Positions 38,930-51,688 of a stretch of 64,000 nt of DNA are shown piece by piece. Position 1 is the first letter of the stretch. Each line of letters starts with the position of its first letter. Under the pieces are notes generated by a model. The model was not told the DNA's origin. It worked only from the letters and a program-made list of their open reading frames with translations, and searched no databases. A program made the position numbers and the translations under genes. This DNA is from Octopus sinensis. Its lineage: Eukaryota. Location of the stretch: NCBI RefSeq assembly GCF_006345805.1, contig NC_043003.1, forward strand, positions 114,142,001-114,206,000. Reading direction: 5' to 3'.

Positions 38930-39720
38930 AAAGTCAAAAAAGAAAATACACGATCTTGTTTCTTGTGTCTTGGGATATGTTTCTAACCTCTTTTCTTATA
39001 ACATTCTAAAGAATCTGGTGAACCATCTCAACTGGTTTGATTTTACTTTCTTGGTTGTTTGCTTCTGGTACATTGTAGCCCTTGTATAGCAATTTCCTAG
39101 TTAATACAGTAAGTCTTTTACCAGGATTACTTCTGTACAGTTGTTACCCTATCATGGCATCTCAGTGTCAAGCAATCTCAGATCTCGAGCAAATAATTAT
39201 AAATAGCAGAAGCGAGCAGAAGAGAGAGATGTTGCTGTGGAATCATAAGAAATTTTATTATCATCTTTAAAAAGCTTCAGGGAATCAATCTGCGAAAACA
39301 ATTGTGTCCGTCTAAAATCGAAATGAGCAGAGCATTTCCAAGCTATGGTGGACACGCTGTGAAAATATGGATTGTGTGGGTTATTAAAACGACGCTCAAC
39401 GTTCAATCTGTTGTCTCGCAAATCGCGCGAAATTTATTTAATTTGTTAAAACAAGCTTCATGTTGAAGTCTCTGAAAGGCTTGCCGATTTTCGTAGATAG
39501 TTTCAAAAGACCTTCAAATCTCCATGGCATTCAACTAATAGAAGAATAAATAAGCGATGATACCCTGGTAACATCGGGATTTTCTTTGCTGCTGAAGAGG
39601 TATTCATTAATAGAGATAAATATCCTGGAAATCTACTTCTCAATGGAGATCAATATGGAGACCAGTGTTTCCTGAAAAATATTTACTTAAAAATAGATGT
39701 AAATGAAAGAGAGCAGGACA
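38930..39720. mobile_element. Cluster of very decayed LINE fragments (RTE-like and R4-like)
   Basis: Minus strand QLRWF at about 39030; plus strand AEHFQ-like at about 39325 and KDLQI/PGNLLL-like at about 39505-39640. Confidence 0.35.
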
Positions 39721-40422
39721 TAAAAGGGAAAAAAATATTTTGCAACATGGTTAAGAGAAAAATCTCACCGGAGACTTGAAACTAAAACCATTTCTTGTTT
39801 TTTATTCTTATTGTCCAAAAGCAATCTATGACATCTCGAACTCCTCTTGTATGGAGATCTATGAGAAAAACTCGGTTCACAAAGAACTTGCTTACTGAAT
39901 GGGTCGCTGAACTCTTCCGTCTTGCTGTAAAAATAATAATTTCCAGCACAAACTGGTTGGCCTAATTTGCATAATTGTGCATAATAGTGCTTGATCTGCA
40001 AAGGTGAATACATTTGCAGCGTTTAGTAGAACGTTTTGGGGTAACCTGGAAACTAAATATAATCTGAATTAAATAATTAAAGAATTAAACGTTGTTGGTA
40101 CATGCGAATTTGCGAATTTGCGAATTCGTTACTGCTCGTCTTTAGACCACAAATAGCAATAAGCTTCTCTCTGGAGAGAAAATTGTCTACTTTATGTGAT
40201 AGTAGTCAACAAAAAATAGAAATTAGTTCGATCGATCCCGTTTTAATTCTCATGGAGACAAACTAGGTGGCGTATCACAGTGTTTTATTTTTTACAGCCA
40301 GGCTAAGACTGTATGTTCATTAAATAACTATAGATTATATTTGAAAATTTCAATAAATATTGTCTAGCTATAACATACATGCATGCATTCACACACAAAC
40401 ACATACAGGCACACACACACAT

Positions 40423-40468
<46 letters not shown>

Positions 40469-41312
40469 TCATATTACATACATAATACGTATATATACAC
40501 ACTCATGTATATACACATATATAAATGCATATATACGTATATTTATGTATATACGTGTGAGTGTGCACGCACGTGGGCATGCATACATACACATACGTTC
40601 ACGCACACATACACATATTGCTATATGTATGCATATACATATGCTAATCTCGCTCACACGTTATCGATCCAACAGTTCAAACCAGGAGAAAGAAAATACG
40701 TTGAGAGAGAAAGACAGAAAAATTTTAAAAGGAAAAACGAATGAAAGCAGCCACACCGAAGAAAAACATTTAAAAATGATTAAAGAAAACGAATAAAAAG
40801 GTAAGTAAAAGAAAACGAACTTGCTAAGACATAAATAAGCAAGATGAAAACGTAAAACAAATAAAGAATATATATAGAAAAATGTATAAAACTATATAAT
40901 AAAATGGAACCAAAACAAACCAAAGAAAACAGAAGATAAAAATAACTTGGAAAAGCTGTCTGCAATAACAAATCGATAAACGCAAAGCAAGTAAGAAATT
41001 GGTAGGAATCATAGACTGCCACAAAAATTTGTAGCAATCAACTGAAGAATGCTGAAGAAAAACTACGCGAAAAGACTACGCAAATGAGATAATGTTGGAG
41101 AATGGCGCAATGAAAACTTCATAATCATCATAATGTACCGATTCCACTCGAACCAAAGACTTTCACTTGTATGAAACTGCCATTTTCAGTATTCAGATCA
41201 CGGCAGGTTATAGATGCTAAAAAAAGAAGAAAAGAAAAAATGTTTTTCTTTGGTGATGTAAAGAGCAGGCGAATATGTTTTTGTGCTTTCTTTTGTATAA
41301 TAAGCATGTATA

Positions 41313-41350
<38 letters not shown>

Positions 41351-41528
41351 CTCCCTTTCTTTATTTGGCGTGTGTGACTATCAACACATTCCCGCATACA
41401 CACATCGGTGCGTGGATACTGGAGAATGGAGAAGGAGAGGTTATTGTGCATTTCTCTGTTCCTTTTTATCTCCAGTTTTCTCTTTTAACACCTTCTGGAA
41501 TAAGATGTAAGGATACAGCAAGCATATG

Positions 41529-41589
<61 letters not shown>

Positions 41590-41910
41590 TTACACATATA
41601 CGCAGAAACATATATATCTATACCTACTGGAATTCCCTGCATACATATATATGCATGTATACCTACAGACAAATATATATATATATATATATAGATATAT
41701 ACATATGTGTGTGTGTGTATGTATGTGTGTGTATATATCCATCTATCTATACACCTCTGTGTGTGTATGAATGTGTATATGCAATTAAAATGTATATATA
41801 TTCATACATACATATATATGTATATATGCATATATGTATGCATGTATGTATAATTATGTATGTATAGATATATTTATATACGTATATCTGTATATTTATA
41901 TACATATATA

Positions 41911-41959
<49 letters not shown>

Positions 41960-42236
41960 CAACAATTGAGGGTAAAATTAATTAATTAATCAATTTCACC
42001 AAGTATTCAGTATGCAAAGGGACCATTTAAGGCGAATTCAAATGATTACATTATATAAAAGGGCTTAGTAAAATAAATTACTTGCCGCATATGAACTCAT
42101 TAGAAATAGCAGCTAAAAAAACATTATAAAACTATTTCTAATACTTAAAGAAAACCTCTCTCATATAGTGTTTGCTCAATTCAACTCACGAAAGTATGGG
42201 GGTAGAGACATTAAAAAATCAAATGCAAAGGTTATT

Positions 42237-42289
42237 TGAGAACGTACGTTTCAAGATTAGTCAAAATCGACATTTCTATCATCAGCTCA
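42237..42289 (-). ncRNA. Minimal type I hammerhead ribozyme, unit 1
   Basis: UGAG-CUGAUGA-UAGA..GUC GAUUUU GAC..UCUU-GAAA-CGUACGUU-CUCA: intact core, palindromic helix III ACGUACGU, GUU triplet, helix I UGAG/CUCA. Confidence 0.72.
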
Positions 42290-42795
42290 GAACTCCCTTG
42301 TTTGGATTTGAAAACACTGAAAGTGGGAGCATACCCTTTCGGCTTCTTATCGCTTCTGAAGATCCGCTCGAAACTAACAGTGCCAACAAACTCAAATATG
42401 CAAGCGAAGAATTTCTGCTCTCCCCTTTCCACCAGCGTGGGTTAAAATCAGTAAACACTATGCTTTTTTCGGTAAAATCCGAGGCATTTAAATAGAGAGA
42501 GATGAATTATAATTTCAACATTTGAGGGTAAAATTAATTAATTAATCAATTTCACCAAGTATTTAGTATGCAAAGGGACCATTTAAGGCGAATTCAAATT
42601 ATTACATTATATAAAAGGGCTTAGTAAAATAAATTACTTTGCCGCATACTGAACTCATTAGAAATAACAGCTAAAAAAACATTTATAAAACTATTTCTAA
42701 TACTTAAAGAAAACCTCTCTCATATAGTGTTTGCTCAATTCAACTCACGAAAGTATGGGGGTAGAGACATTAAAAAATCAAATGCAAATGTTATT

Positions 42796-42848
42796 TGAGA
42801 ACGTACGTTTCAAGATTAGTCAAAATCGACATTTCTATCATCAGCTCA
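42796..42848 (-). ncRNA. Minimal type I hammerhead ribozyme, unit 2
   Basis: Identical to the unit-1 motif, 559 bp away. Confidence 0.72.
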
Positions 42849-43155
42849 GAACTCCTTGGTTTGGATTTGAAAACACTGAAAGTGGGAGCATACCCTTTCG
42901 GCTTCTTATTGCTTCTGAAGATCCGCTCGAAACTAACAGTGCCAACAAACTCAAATATGCAAGCGAAGAATTTCTGCTCTCCCCTTTCCACCAGCGTGGG
43001 TTAAAATCAGTAAACACTATGCTTTTTTCGGTAAAATCCGAGGCATTTAAATAGAGAGAGATGAATTATAATTTCAACAATTGAGGGTAAAATTAATTAA
43101 TTAATCAATTAATCAATTAATCAATTTCACCAAGTATTCAGTATGTATATATATA

Positions 43156-43544
43156 CTAGCAGTATCACCCGGTGTTGCTTGGGTTTGTTTCGACCCTTTA
43201 GAATTGGAATTTTTGAAAAGTAAAAATTTTGCATTATGCAACTTGTTATTTTCTTCAAGTGAACATTTTTCCAGTTGAAATACACCGAAAAATGGTGACA
43301 CAGCAGTCAAAAATCGTAAAAAATAGGGATTTTCATAGAAAAAATGCACCTTTTTGATGTAAATAATTTTTGGTGTTAACAAGGTCCGATTCGAATTTTA
43401 TCTTCTACGGAATGAAGAGCAAGCCTTCTTCAATCATACTCTCAATTTTGGTCAACTTGCGCTGCAGGGTCCCGAAGGAGATAGTGTTAGTTGAAGGCTA
43501 CCAAACCTGCCACACACAGACAACTTCAGCTTTATATATATAGA
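43156..43544 (-). mobile_element. Non-autonomous Helitron-like element
   Basis: Minus strand begins TCTATATATATAAAG, ends with a subterminal hairpin (cccaagcaacaccggg) then CTAG, and sits between A and T. Confidence 0.72.
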
Positions 43545-43569
43545 TTTGCTACACACTACTTTCCATCCT

Positions 43570-44252
43570 TAATAATGAAACTTGGTAGATCCAAAAGTTA
43601 AACACACAGACACACACAGAGATACACACACAGACACACAAGTTGAGTTTTATATATATAGATTTCTCAATGGGGATTTCAAGGGAGAGTTTCAGAGAGT
43701 CGCTGGCGATGTATCGTGATGATCAAAAATCCGGCCTGCTAAAATTTGGTTAAAGTGATTCAAACTGCAGACTCAATGCAAAATGGTCGCATTTAATTCA
43801 AAGCGTTAAAAATGTTATGAAAACAATTGGTATGTGTTCACAAAGTCCAAACAATTAATACGAAAAATCCCTCCAGGCTACATCCCGAAAATTCATTTCT
43901 TTGCCGAATTTCTACAATGTTTACCGCGATTCGTTTATATATTTTTATTTTTTATTTTTCATGCAATTTACGCATGCTTGCACGCGTGGTGAACACAGTT
44001 CACGTCAAACAGCTGGCTGAGTAAAGTTCACTATTCAATGCATGGGATAAGGCCTAAACAAACATATTATCGATTTTTACACTTGCGAGATGAATTTCGG
44101 AACAGAAATAGCGTAGTTCAATTTTCATTCGCCTAAACTTTAAGTGACCCATTTTTGGTGGTTCTACGATTTGTTGGCTAGGAGGAGATGTGCCGGGAAG
44201 TTAAACACACAGAAGACACACACACAGATACACAAGTTGAGTTTTATATATA
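43570..44252 (-). mobile_element. Further Helitron-like 5'-end fragments
   Basis: 'acacaagttgagttttatatatata' recurs at about 43640-43662 and 44230-44252. Confidence 0.45.
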
Positions 44253-45372
44253 TGTGTGTGTGTGTGTGTGGTGTGTGTGTGTGTGTGTGTATGTGTGCCT
44301 GTATATATGTATAAGTGTATGCCTTACCGAATCATGCAGCTGGTGTCAATGTTTCGGGTCCCATTCTGCCCAATTTCTTTCTAATATGTAATTAAGTAAC
44401 AATGGACAAAACGACAGGGGAAAAAAGGGCCCTTAATATTGTACTTCGCCAAATCAATTGTCTTGTCGACTCTGCAGTAGAAACAACACTCATATACGCA
44501 TTCGCATTCACTAACACATTAACAAAAACAATAACATATACGAATTCGTATACGCACGCACGCACGGACACACACACACACACACACAATAGTACTTGTA
44601 AACATACGTTTAGTGTTTCAGTTGAACACTGCTGATTTAGCAGAATTGGGATAACATTTTCTTTCCGTATAATTGTCTACCGAGGGTTATAATGGTGAGT
44701 GTACCCGTTTTGATGGAAATGATAGGGGTTACCTGAATAAGACTTGGCTGTTGCCATTCCTAATTCGCAGTCTACGGTGCTTCCGGGTTAGAAGTCAACG
44801 TGGCTCGAAGCCATTGGTCGTCTTGTAGCATTTTCTGAAAGTCATGTTGTTGTTGTTGGTGGTGTCTTTGTTATTCTTGTTCACAGTGTTTGAAGTGCTT
44901 CAGACCGGGATGTTTACGAATCTGTCACAACTTTCATTATTCAACGTTTGTTTTTCAAAGATGCGGTAATTTAAAGTGATTTGGTTGCTATTTTTAGTAG
45001 GTCGTGCATACACGTTCTCTCCTTCTTGCACTCCACGGAGTCTGTTATGTTCCTGAAGAGATTTCTCTAACAACCTCAAATTCCATCCAACATTAATCTC
45101 GATATTTCACAAAATCTTACAATGTAAAGAATCAGCTAGGATAAATTATGGACGGATTACAACAAATGTGTTTTATTCGAGAAAAACAAAAAAGAACTTT
45201 CTCTGTAAAATATAAGCATTTGACGTGTTAATGGCGGCTAAAAATTATTGTTTATTTTATGATTGTTTCATGGAAAAAAAACCAAAAACAAAATATATAC
45301 ACAAAACAACGCAAAACATTAAAAAATGAAAATATCACCTAAGAAACAAACTAAACTACTACTACTACTACT

Positions 45373-45530
45373 ACTATGGAATAACAACAGAAAAAGATGG
45401 TATAGCGACACGCCAGAAAAGGTCAAAGAAAATGAGAAAGCAACCACACTATATGGATATGCCAATACATCGAGATAGAGAAATTAAGGCCAACAGGATG
45501 GATATAGTTGTCAGAGATCATCAAGAAAAC
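45373..45530 (+). mobile_element. R4/Dong-type fragment of the same family as 9314-10619
   Basis: Closely matches 10053-10205 (ctatggaataacaacagaaaa...aaggccaacag). Confidence 0.8.
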
Positions 45531-45544
45531 ACACACACGGGTAT

Positions 45545-45692
45545 CTTCCAGTTTCCGTCTTCTAAATCCAATCACAAAACTTTCTTCGCCCAAGGCTATA
45601 ATAGAAAACACTTGCGCAAGGTGTCACGCTTTGGAGTTGAAACCGGAACCACTTGGTTTGGAAGCAAAATTCATACTAAACAGCCACGCCTG
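45545..45692 (-). mobile_element. Diverged SINE family 1 head
   Basis: Similarity to 52330-52480. Confidence 0.6.
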
Positions 45693-45898
45693 CAAAAAAG
45701 AAAAAAAGACATTTCTTTTTAGCATTATATTAATTCTCTGTCGGAAGAACTAATGAGAAGAGATGATTTACGTGTTTTCCTACACGCATACCTATGTTAC
45801 TCCTAGTAGTAACGACACATACGTAATGTGGAATAAATAATACCCCCAAACATTCGCAGCTATCTGTTTTAATATCTATCTATCAACCTATCTATTTC

Positions 45899-45960
<62 letters not shown>

Positions 45961-46299
45961 GAGCATAATCCTATAAATCGTAAAAGAGAGAGAGAGAGAG
46001 CACTTTGCTCTCATGCGTTTATTTCCTCCCTGCCTGAGGTTACCGTGGCCTTTTCTGTAGGCTTTTCTTTTCACGAATGAACCTAATCTTGTTTATTACT
46101 TTAAAAAAAAAACTTGTTTTTCTTTCTGTGATACACGATCCCTTTTGATCGCTTTTTTTTTCTTCCGATCCCTTTTGATCGACATTTTACATGTGTTTCC
46201 TTTTTATCCTTCTTTTTCCTTTTCCATCTCCGAAAAGAAAAGCTCTACATTTGTAAATTGTCCCCTCTGTGTCCAGCGCTGTGGGGCCAATAAAGAAAG

Positions 46300-46304
46300 T
46301 TATA

Positions 46305-46388
<84 letters not shown>

Positions 46389-46565
46389 GATCTATGTATG
46401 TATGTATGTATGTATGTATGTATGTATGTATGTATGTATCTATATATCTATCTATCTATCTATCTATTTTTCTATCGATCTATCTATCTATCGATCGATC
46501 TATCTGCCTACCTATGTATGTGTGTTTATGTGTGTGCGTGTGTATGCGTACGTGCGTGTGTGTAT
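46300..46565. repeat. (TATC)n/(TATG)n microsatellite
   Basis: Direct inspection; a further (TATC)n tract lies at about 45875-45960. Confidence 0.9.
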
Positions 46566-46838
46566 TAGATTAAATGTGATTTAAAAAAAAACGATTTTCA
46601 TTCCTGGAAATCTCGACTAGTAGAACCTACAGAGGTGGACAGTTTTCCTTAAAGAAAATTCTCGAGATTATATATTAGTTACATGTAATGAATCTCATGT
46701 GATATGTTGTAAAGTTTAAAAAATCCTTTATATTCACGATGTGTCTGAACTATGTATTGTTGAAACGATCGTAATAAAGGAACGAATGTAATGCAAACAC
46801 TTCCATTCTTGTATTTATGTGTGTGTGTGTGTGTGTGT

Positions 46839-46870
<32 letters not shown>

Positions 46871-47516
46871 CACTAACTACATGAGTAACTGTATATTGTA
46901 TCGAAATTCTTAGACAGAGTTCTTGCTGTGTTAAATATACTTTAAGAGATAATAATTAGATGTATAAGTTAGTTTCTAGGAACTATGCATACCTCCATTC
47001 AAATCTATGTAAACATGGAATGAAAAATACTATATTGCATATATCATCATTCCTGCACAAGCATTTATAAAACTAGTCTTCGCTGTACAGATAGGCATTA
47101 CATAGAGTAATGATATTTTTACACAGAGAACGTTTTTATAGAAATATTGCTAGACATCCAATTAATGATATCTATTGTATAGATAGACATATTCACGTAT
47201 GTATGCGTTTGATTGTTTGCACATGTGTGTATGTGTATGTGTGTGTGTGTACACAAATAAACAGCCAGACACACAGACAGACAGAAGACAACCACAGAGA
47301 CATATACAGTGTAGATAATTTTAATTCCACTATTTCTATCACAAATTCTCTCTACATATTTGCTTACATGTAACTCTGCGCGCGCGCGCGTGTGTTTGTA
47401 TAATCTCATTGGCTCTAATAATGGGTTTTATACATTTAATCATGCATTTCAGACTTACAGCTGTGTTGCACATGCATTTTGGGCGCGTTCAAGGTTCAGT
47501 TTAATCAATCGAACAA

Positions 47517-48114
47517 CTTTTTTTACGTTTATATATTTGTTGTGCAAGATTTTTGATGTGAAATCGTGTGCTGAAACAGATATTGTTGTATTTAGGAATG
47601 GTCATTTTGCCAGTTTAGCCAATAAAAACACACGTACTATATATTTGGTGTTACTTTGCTTCAGCGTTATTTATTTTTTACATTAATCTTAATCTTCTTT
47701 CGGCCAGAGTTCTTTCGTCACACATGAACAAAATAAGAATAAACAAAAACAAAAACAAATTACACAAATTACACGAACGTATATAAACAGAAGATACAAA
47801 TATTACAGGCATCCCCCCCACATACACACTAGCCAAACATAGACCCACATAGAGATATACGCATGCGCAAATGAAGACACATACAATAGAAATACAAAAT
47901 GGTTGACGGTTAGTAAGGAGAGACACACAAATAAGAAAGAAGAAAGCAAAAGACCACTGATGCGGTCACAGGAGTGTGACGAAAGAACTCTGGCCGAAAT
48001 AAGATTAAGATTAATGTAAAAAATAAATAACACTGAAGCAAAGTAACACCAAATATATAGTGCGTGTGTTTTTATTGGCTAAACTGGCAAAATGACCATT
48101 CCTAAATACAACAA
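47517..48114. mobile_element. Second PLE-like inverted insertion (same family as 23132-23673) with a 10-bp TSD
   Basis: Inverted arms about 47587-47723 and 47974-48113; TSD aatcgaacaa at 47507-47516 and 48115-48124. Confidence 0.8.
47953..47995 (+). ncRNA. Minimal type I hammerhead-like motif, variant core CUGAUGC(G), CUC triplet
   Basis: Same fold as 23451-23495. Confidence 0.5.
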
Positions 48115-49410
48115 AATCGAACAATTGATTGATTGAAAATATAATAAACTACCGTTGCAATGTTTCCTTCATCAAATTTCAACAAATGAATTGCTGCTGA
48201 TTGGATTCGACCCCGAAGAAGAGATCATTCTAAGGGGCATCCCTTATAGATTTTTTTTTTAAACTAGACATTTGTAGTTATCCCCGGTGAGACTTGAAGA
48301 AGAAAACCGGTCGTCTTAAGAAGAAGTTGTGAGCACTGCGCCACGGCACACTTGCATGCCGCGAAGTGTTTCGTTGAATTTGGCAATTATAGGATATTAA
48401 ACATTTGTCTGCAACAACAAAAGTGCACAGGTTTCCTTTCATGCAACGTACGATGATGCTTCAAATCTGTTTCAAAGCAGTGCTGCAACACAGGATCTGA
48501 AAGGAAGAGAACTGTCCGCCATAACTTGGATAAGATTCTAATATGTCTTACCGCTATTGAGATCCAGGGCAGTGGCAATCGACCCGATTTAAAGTCAAGA
48601 GCGCTCCACATACGATCTTCTCAATCTTATTTTCTGTCTCTCAATGTACATTTTGTAGATATAGCAAAACTAAGGAAAACAGATTCACTACATTACAAGA
48701 TTGTTATCTGTGGATGGTGTGTTACATGTGTGGGTGCCGTTGTTGCGCTTCTACTCTCGCACTTTCCAATTCAACGGGTCATTCGTCCGCATGATGTCCT
48801 CTTGGGAGTTACTTCTAGGCTACTGGTAATAAATTTGTAAAAATTTAATACCCTATATATATAATATATATATATATAGGTAGATAGAAAGATAGATAGT
48901 ACGATAGATAGATAGATAGATATCAAAAACAAGATACTGAAAGTGCGATATGTAACCAAAGAAGGGACGCACTGATGAGGGAAAATGGAAAAGGCATAAC
49001 TGCATAATGTTCCTACAAGCCTTATATAATTATTTCAGCGTTTTCATGAAACGTATATAAAAAAAAAACGCTGAAAATCATACTTGTTTTTGCTTATTTT
49101 TGTTATTGTGAGATTTTCTTCCTCCTTCAGTTTTGTTTCCATTTCTTGTCGAGTGCCTTCCCGACACCGAGTACAAATAAACCATCTGTATTCATTGAGT
49201 TGTCATTAAAATAAACCTACCAGATTTTTCATTTACAATAATCAAATAAAGTTACGTAAAAAATAAATTATTTACATGGATTGTAATCGATCTCACAGTA
49301 ACAATGTTCACAATACTTGTGACATTCTAGATACAAAAGAAATATTTTGTACCTGTAGCATCGATGATAGTAAGCCGGAGATAATTCTCAAATAATTTTT
49401 AGTTTCTGTT

Positions 49411-49760
49411 TTGATCATTCCAAGTCATCCTATAATCACTGGTATTGTAACCGCCTTGAAATGCCACATTTTTTCGATTTCAATGAGAAAATCTTTATAT
49501 TTTCTGAGCTTGTCAAATTCTTTTGCCGAGATATTATGGTCACAGGGTTTGCTCTTGTCAATCAATGAACAGACTTTATTGTTTTGGTCTTTCACAACAA
49601 TATCTGTGTTATTAGCTTTGATGGTTCTGTCTGGATATACTGGAATATCACAAAGAAACATTACATTTTCTCCCTCAGTCGCAAACTCAGATTGATGCTT
49701 ATAACACTTGCCAACAGTTTTGACTTCACAATGTCGACATAGTGGTTTCAAATTTTGGCA
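49411..49760 (-). mobile_element. R4/Dong-type RLE endonuclease fragment
   Basis: DRTIKANNTDIVVKDQNNKVCSLID..KLRKYKDFLIEIEKMW..IPVIIG. Confidence 0.8.
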
Positions 49761-49939
49761 GGTACAAAAGCCAGCAATTACAGAGCAGGGACAATTACAT
49801 CCACCCCACTATTCAGCCGTTACCTGTTCTCTCGAATTCAAAAGCATGAAAAGCAAAGCTGATCTCGGTACAATTTAAACTCGACTTAACTCCTTCCCCG
49901 AAAATGGATAGCCTTATGTTAAAGTTTTAAACCAGTATT

Positions 49940-50006
49940 ATTATTACTACTACTACTACTACTACTACTACTACGACTACTACTACTACTACTACTGCTG
50001 CTGCTG

Positions 50007-50045
<39 letters not shown>

Positions 50046-50050
50046 TTACT
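49940..50050. repeat. (TAC)n microsatellite
   Basis: Direct inspection. Confidence 0.9.
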
Positions 50051-50052
50051 TC

Positions 50053-50680
50053 TAAGGTGGCGTGCTGGCAGAAACGTTAGCTCGTCGGGCGAAATGCGTA
50101 GCCGTATTTCGTCTGCCTTTACGTTCTGAGTTCAAATTCCGCCGAGGTCGACATTGCCTTTCATCCTTTCGGGGTCGATTAAATAAGTACCAGTTACACA
50201 CAGTGGTCGATATAATCGACTTAATCCGTTTGTCTGTACTTGTTTGTTTCTTCTGTGTTAGCCCCTTGTTGGTAGTAAAGAAATAGGAATAGGTATTTCG
50301 TCTGCCGCTACGTTCTGAGTTCAAATTCCGCCGAGGTCGACTTTGCCTTTCATCCTTTCGGGGTCGATAAATTAAGTACCAGTTACGCACTGGGGCCGAT
50401 GTAATCGACTTAATCCCTTTGTCTGTCCTTTTTTGTGCTCTCTGCGTTTAGCCCCTTGTGGGTAATAAAGAAATAAGAATCGTTAGTACGCAGGACGAAA
50501 TGCTTAGCCGTACTTCGCCCGCCTCTACGTTCTGAGTTCAAATTTCGCTGAGGTTGACTTTGCCTGTCATCCTTTCGGGGTCGATAAAATAACTATTTAT
50601 CAAACACTGAGGTTCGATGCAAATGACTTACCCCTCCCTCTAAAATACTACTCGCCCTCTGCACAATATTGAAACCATTA
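50053..50680 (+). mobile_element. Head-to-tail trimer of SINE family 2
   Basis: Full copy at 50053-50292, head-less copy from GTATTTCGTC at 50293, third copy from about 50478. Confidence 0.88.
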
Positions 50681-51146
50681 TTATCATGCACACACAAACG
50701 CACACGCACACAAACACATACACATATTTGGTAATGATATTCTAAAAGCTACATTTGTAACCATGGAAACAGGTGATACATGATATTATAAAAATAAAGT
50801 GTTATCCCCCGTTATTTGTTGTACAGACATATGTTAATTTATGTCTACAGTAAGAAATCAGCCGTGAGTTGTCAGAATTTGCGAAAATAAAGAAAGAAGT
50901 TGTTCATAAATATTCCGATAGATTAAACTATGCAAATAGGAGAGGAAGGCAAGAAACTTGGCGAAGATTTTAAATATAATAAAATAAAACAGGAAATTGA
51001 AAGAGGAAATTTCATTTGATGCAACAATATTGCAATCTGTCATTCGCAAATCTTTTCTTGTATGTTTTTATGTATCAAGCATAAAGAAATAAATACATAC
51101 AAATAAATAAATGCATGCACACACACACAACACACACACACACACA

Positions 51147-51190
<44 letters not shown>

Positions 51191-51220
51191 TTATATATAT
51201 ATATATACACCCACACGCAC

Positions 51221-51414
51221 GTATATGGTTCAATTTGCGCAAAAAGCAAAAAGAACAAAAGACAGAGACAGGTGAGAGAAGAACAAGCAAGTTGTATCAG
51301 TATTTGACGTTTCGAGCCTACGCTCAACTACAGGAAGGAACGATGAGAGAAAACAGATGGAAAGAGGGAAAATACAATAATAAATTAACGGAGAAAGAAA
51401 AAAAACGCATCCAG

Positions 51415-51417
<3 letters not shown>
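51221..51417 (-). mobile_element. TA-embedded mini-element related to family D
   Basis: Shares acgtttcgagcctacgctc with family D; minus strand CUGUAGUU-GAGC GUAG GCUC-GAAAC-GUC. Confidence 0.6.
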
Positions 51418-51464
<47 letters not shown>

Positions 51465-51468
<4 letters not shown>

Positions 51469-51643
51469 TAATCCAACAAGAAAGCACAAAAAAAACACAA
51501 CAACGCGAGGACGTGGAACAAATATAGTATTATTGGACGCTCAGGAAAGAAGGAAAGAAGGAGGGTTTAACGTTTCGAGCGGAGCTCTTCGTCGGAAACA
51601 TAGGAGAAGGAAAGATCCAGAGAAGGGAAGACAGAGGAAGACA

Positions 51644-51645
<2 letters not shown>
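51465..51645 (-). mobile_element. TA-embedded mini-element family E with HHR-like motif
   Basis: Flanked by (TA)n on both sides; GUUU-CCGACGAA-GAGC UCC GCUC-GAAAC-GUU-AAAC at 51565-51599. Confidence 0.65.

Positions 51646-51688
<43 letters not shown>

Larger units (their letters stand above)
41953..43144 (-). mobile_element. Retrozyme-like tandem array: two ~559-bp non-coding units plus a ~77-bp partial unit, embedded in (TA)n
   Basis: Unit boundaries at 41953, 42509 and 43068; about 10 differences between units by eye; each full unit holds a complete HHR. Confidence 0.8.

Noticed and set aside
42356-42374. Plus-strand CTGAAGA-TCCGCTC-GAAAC, suggesting ribozymes in both polarities (also 42915-42933)
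   Set aside because: There is no helix II pairing, the putative triplet is GUG and there is no helix I, so an ambisense viroid-like claim is not supported.
42172-42495. 107-aa plus-strand ORF repeated in both tandem units
   Set aside because: It has a non-ATG start, is antisense to the ribozyme and has no recognisable domain; it recurs only because the DNA is duplicated.
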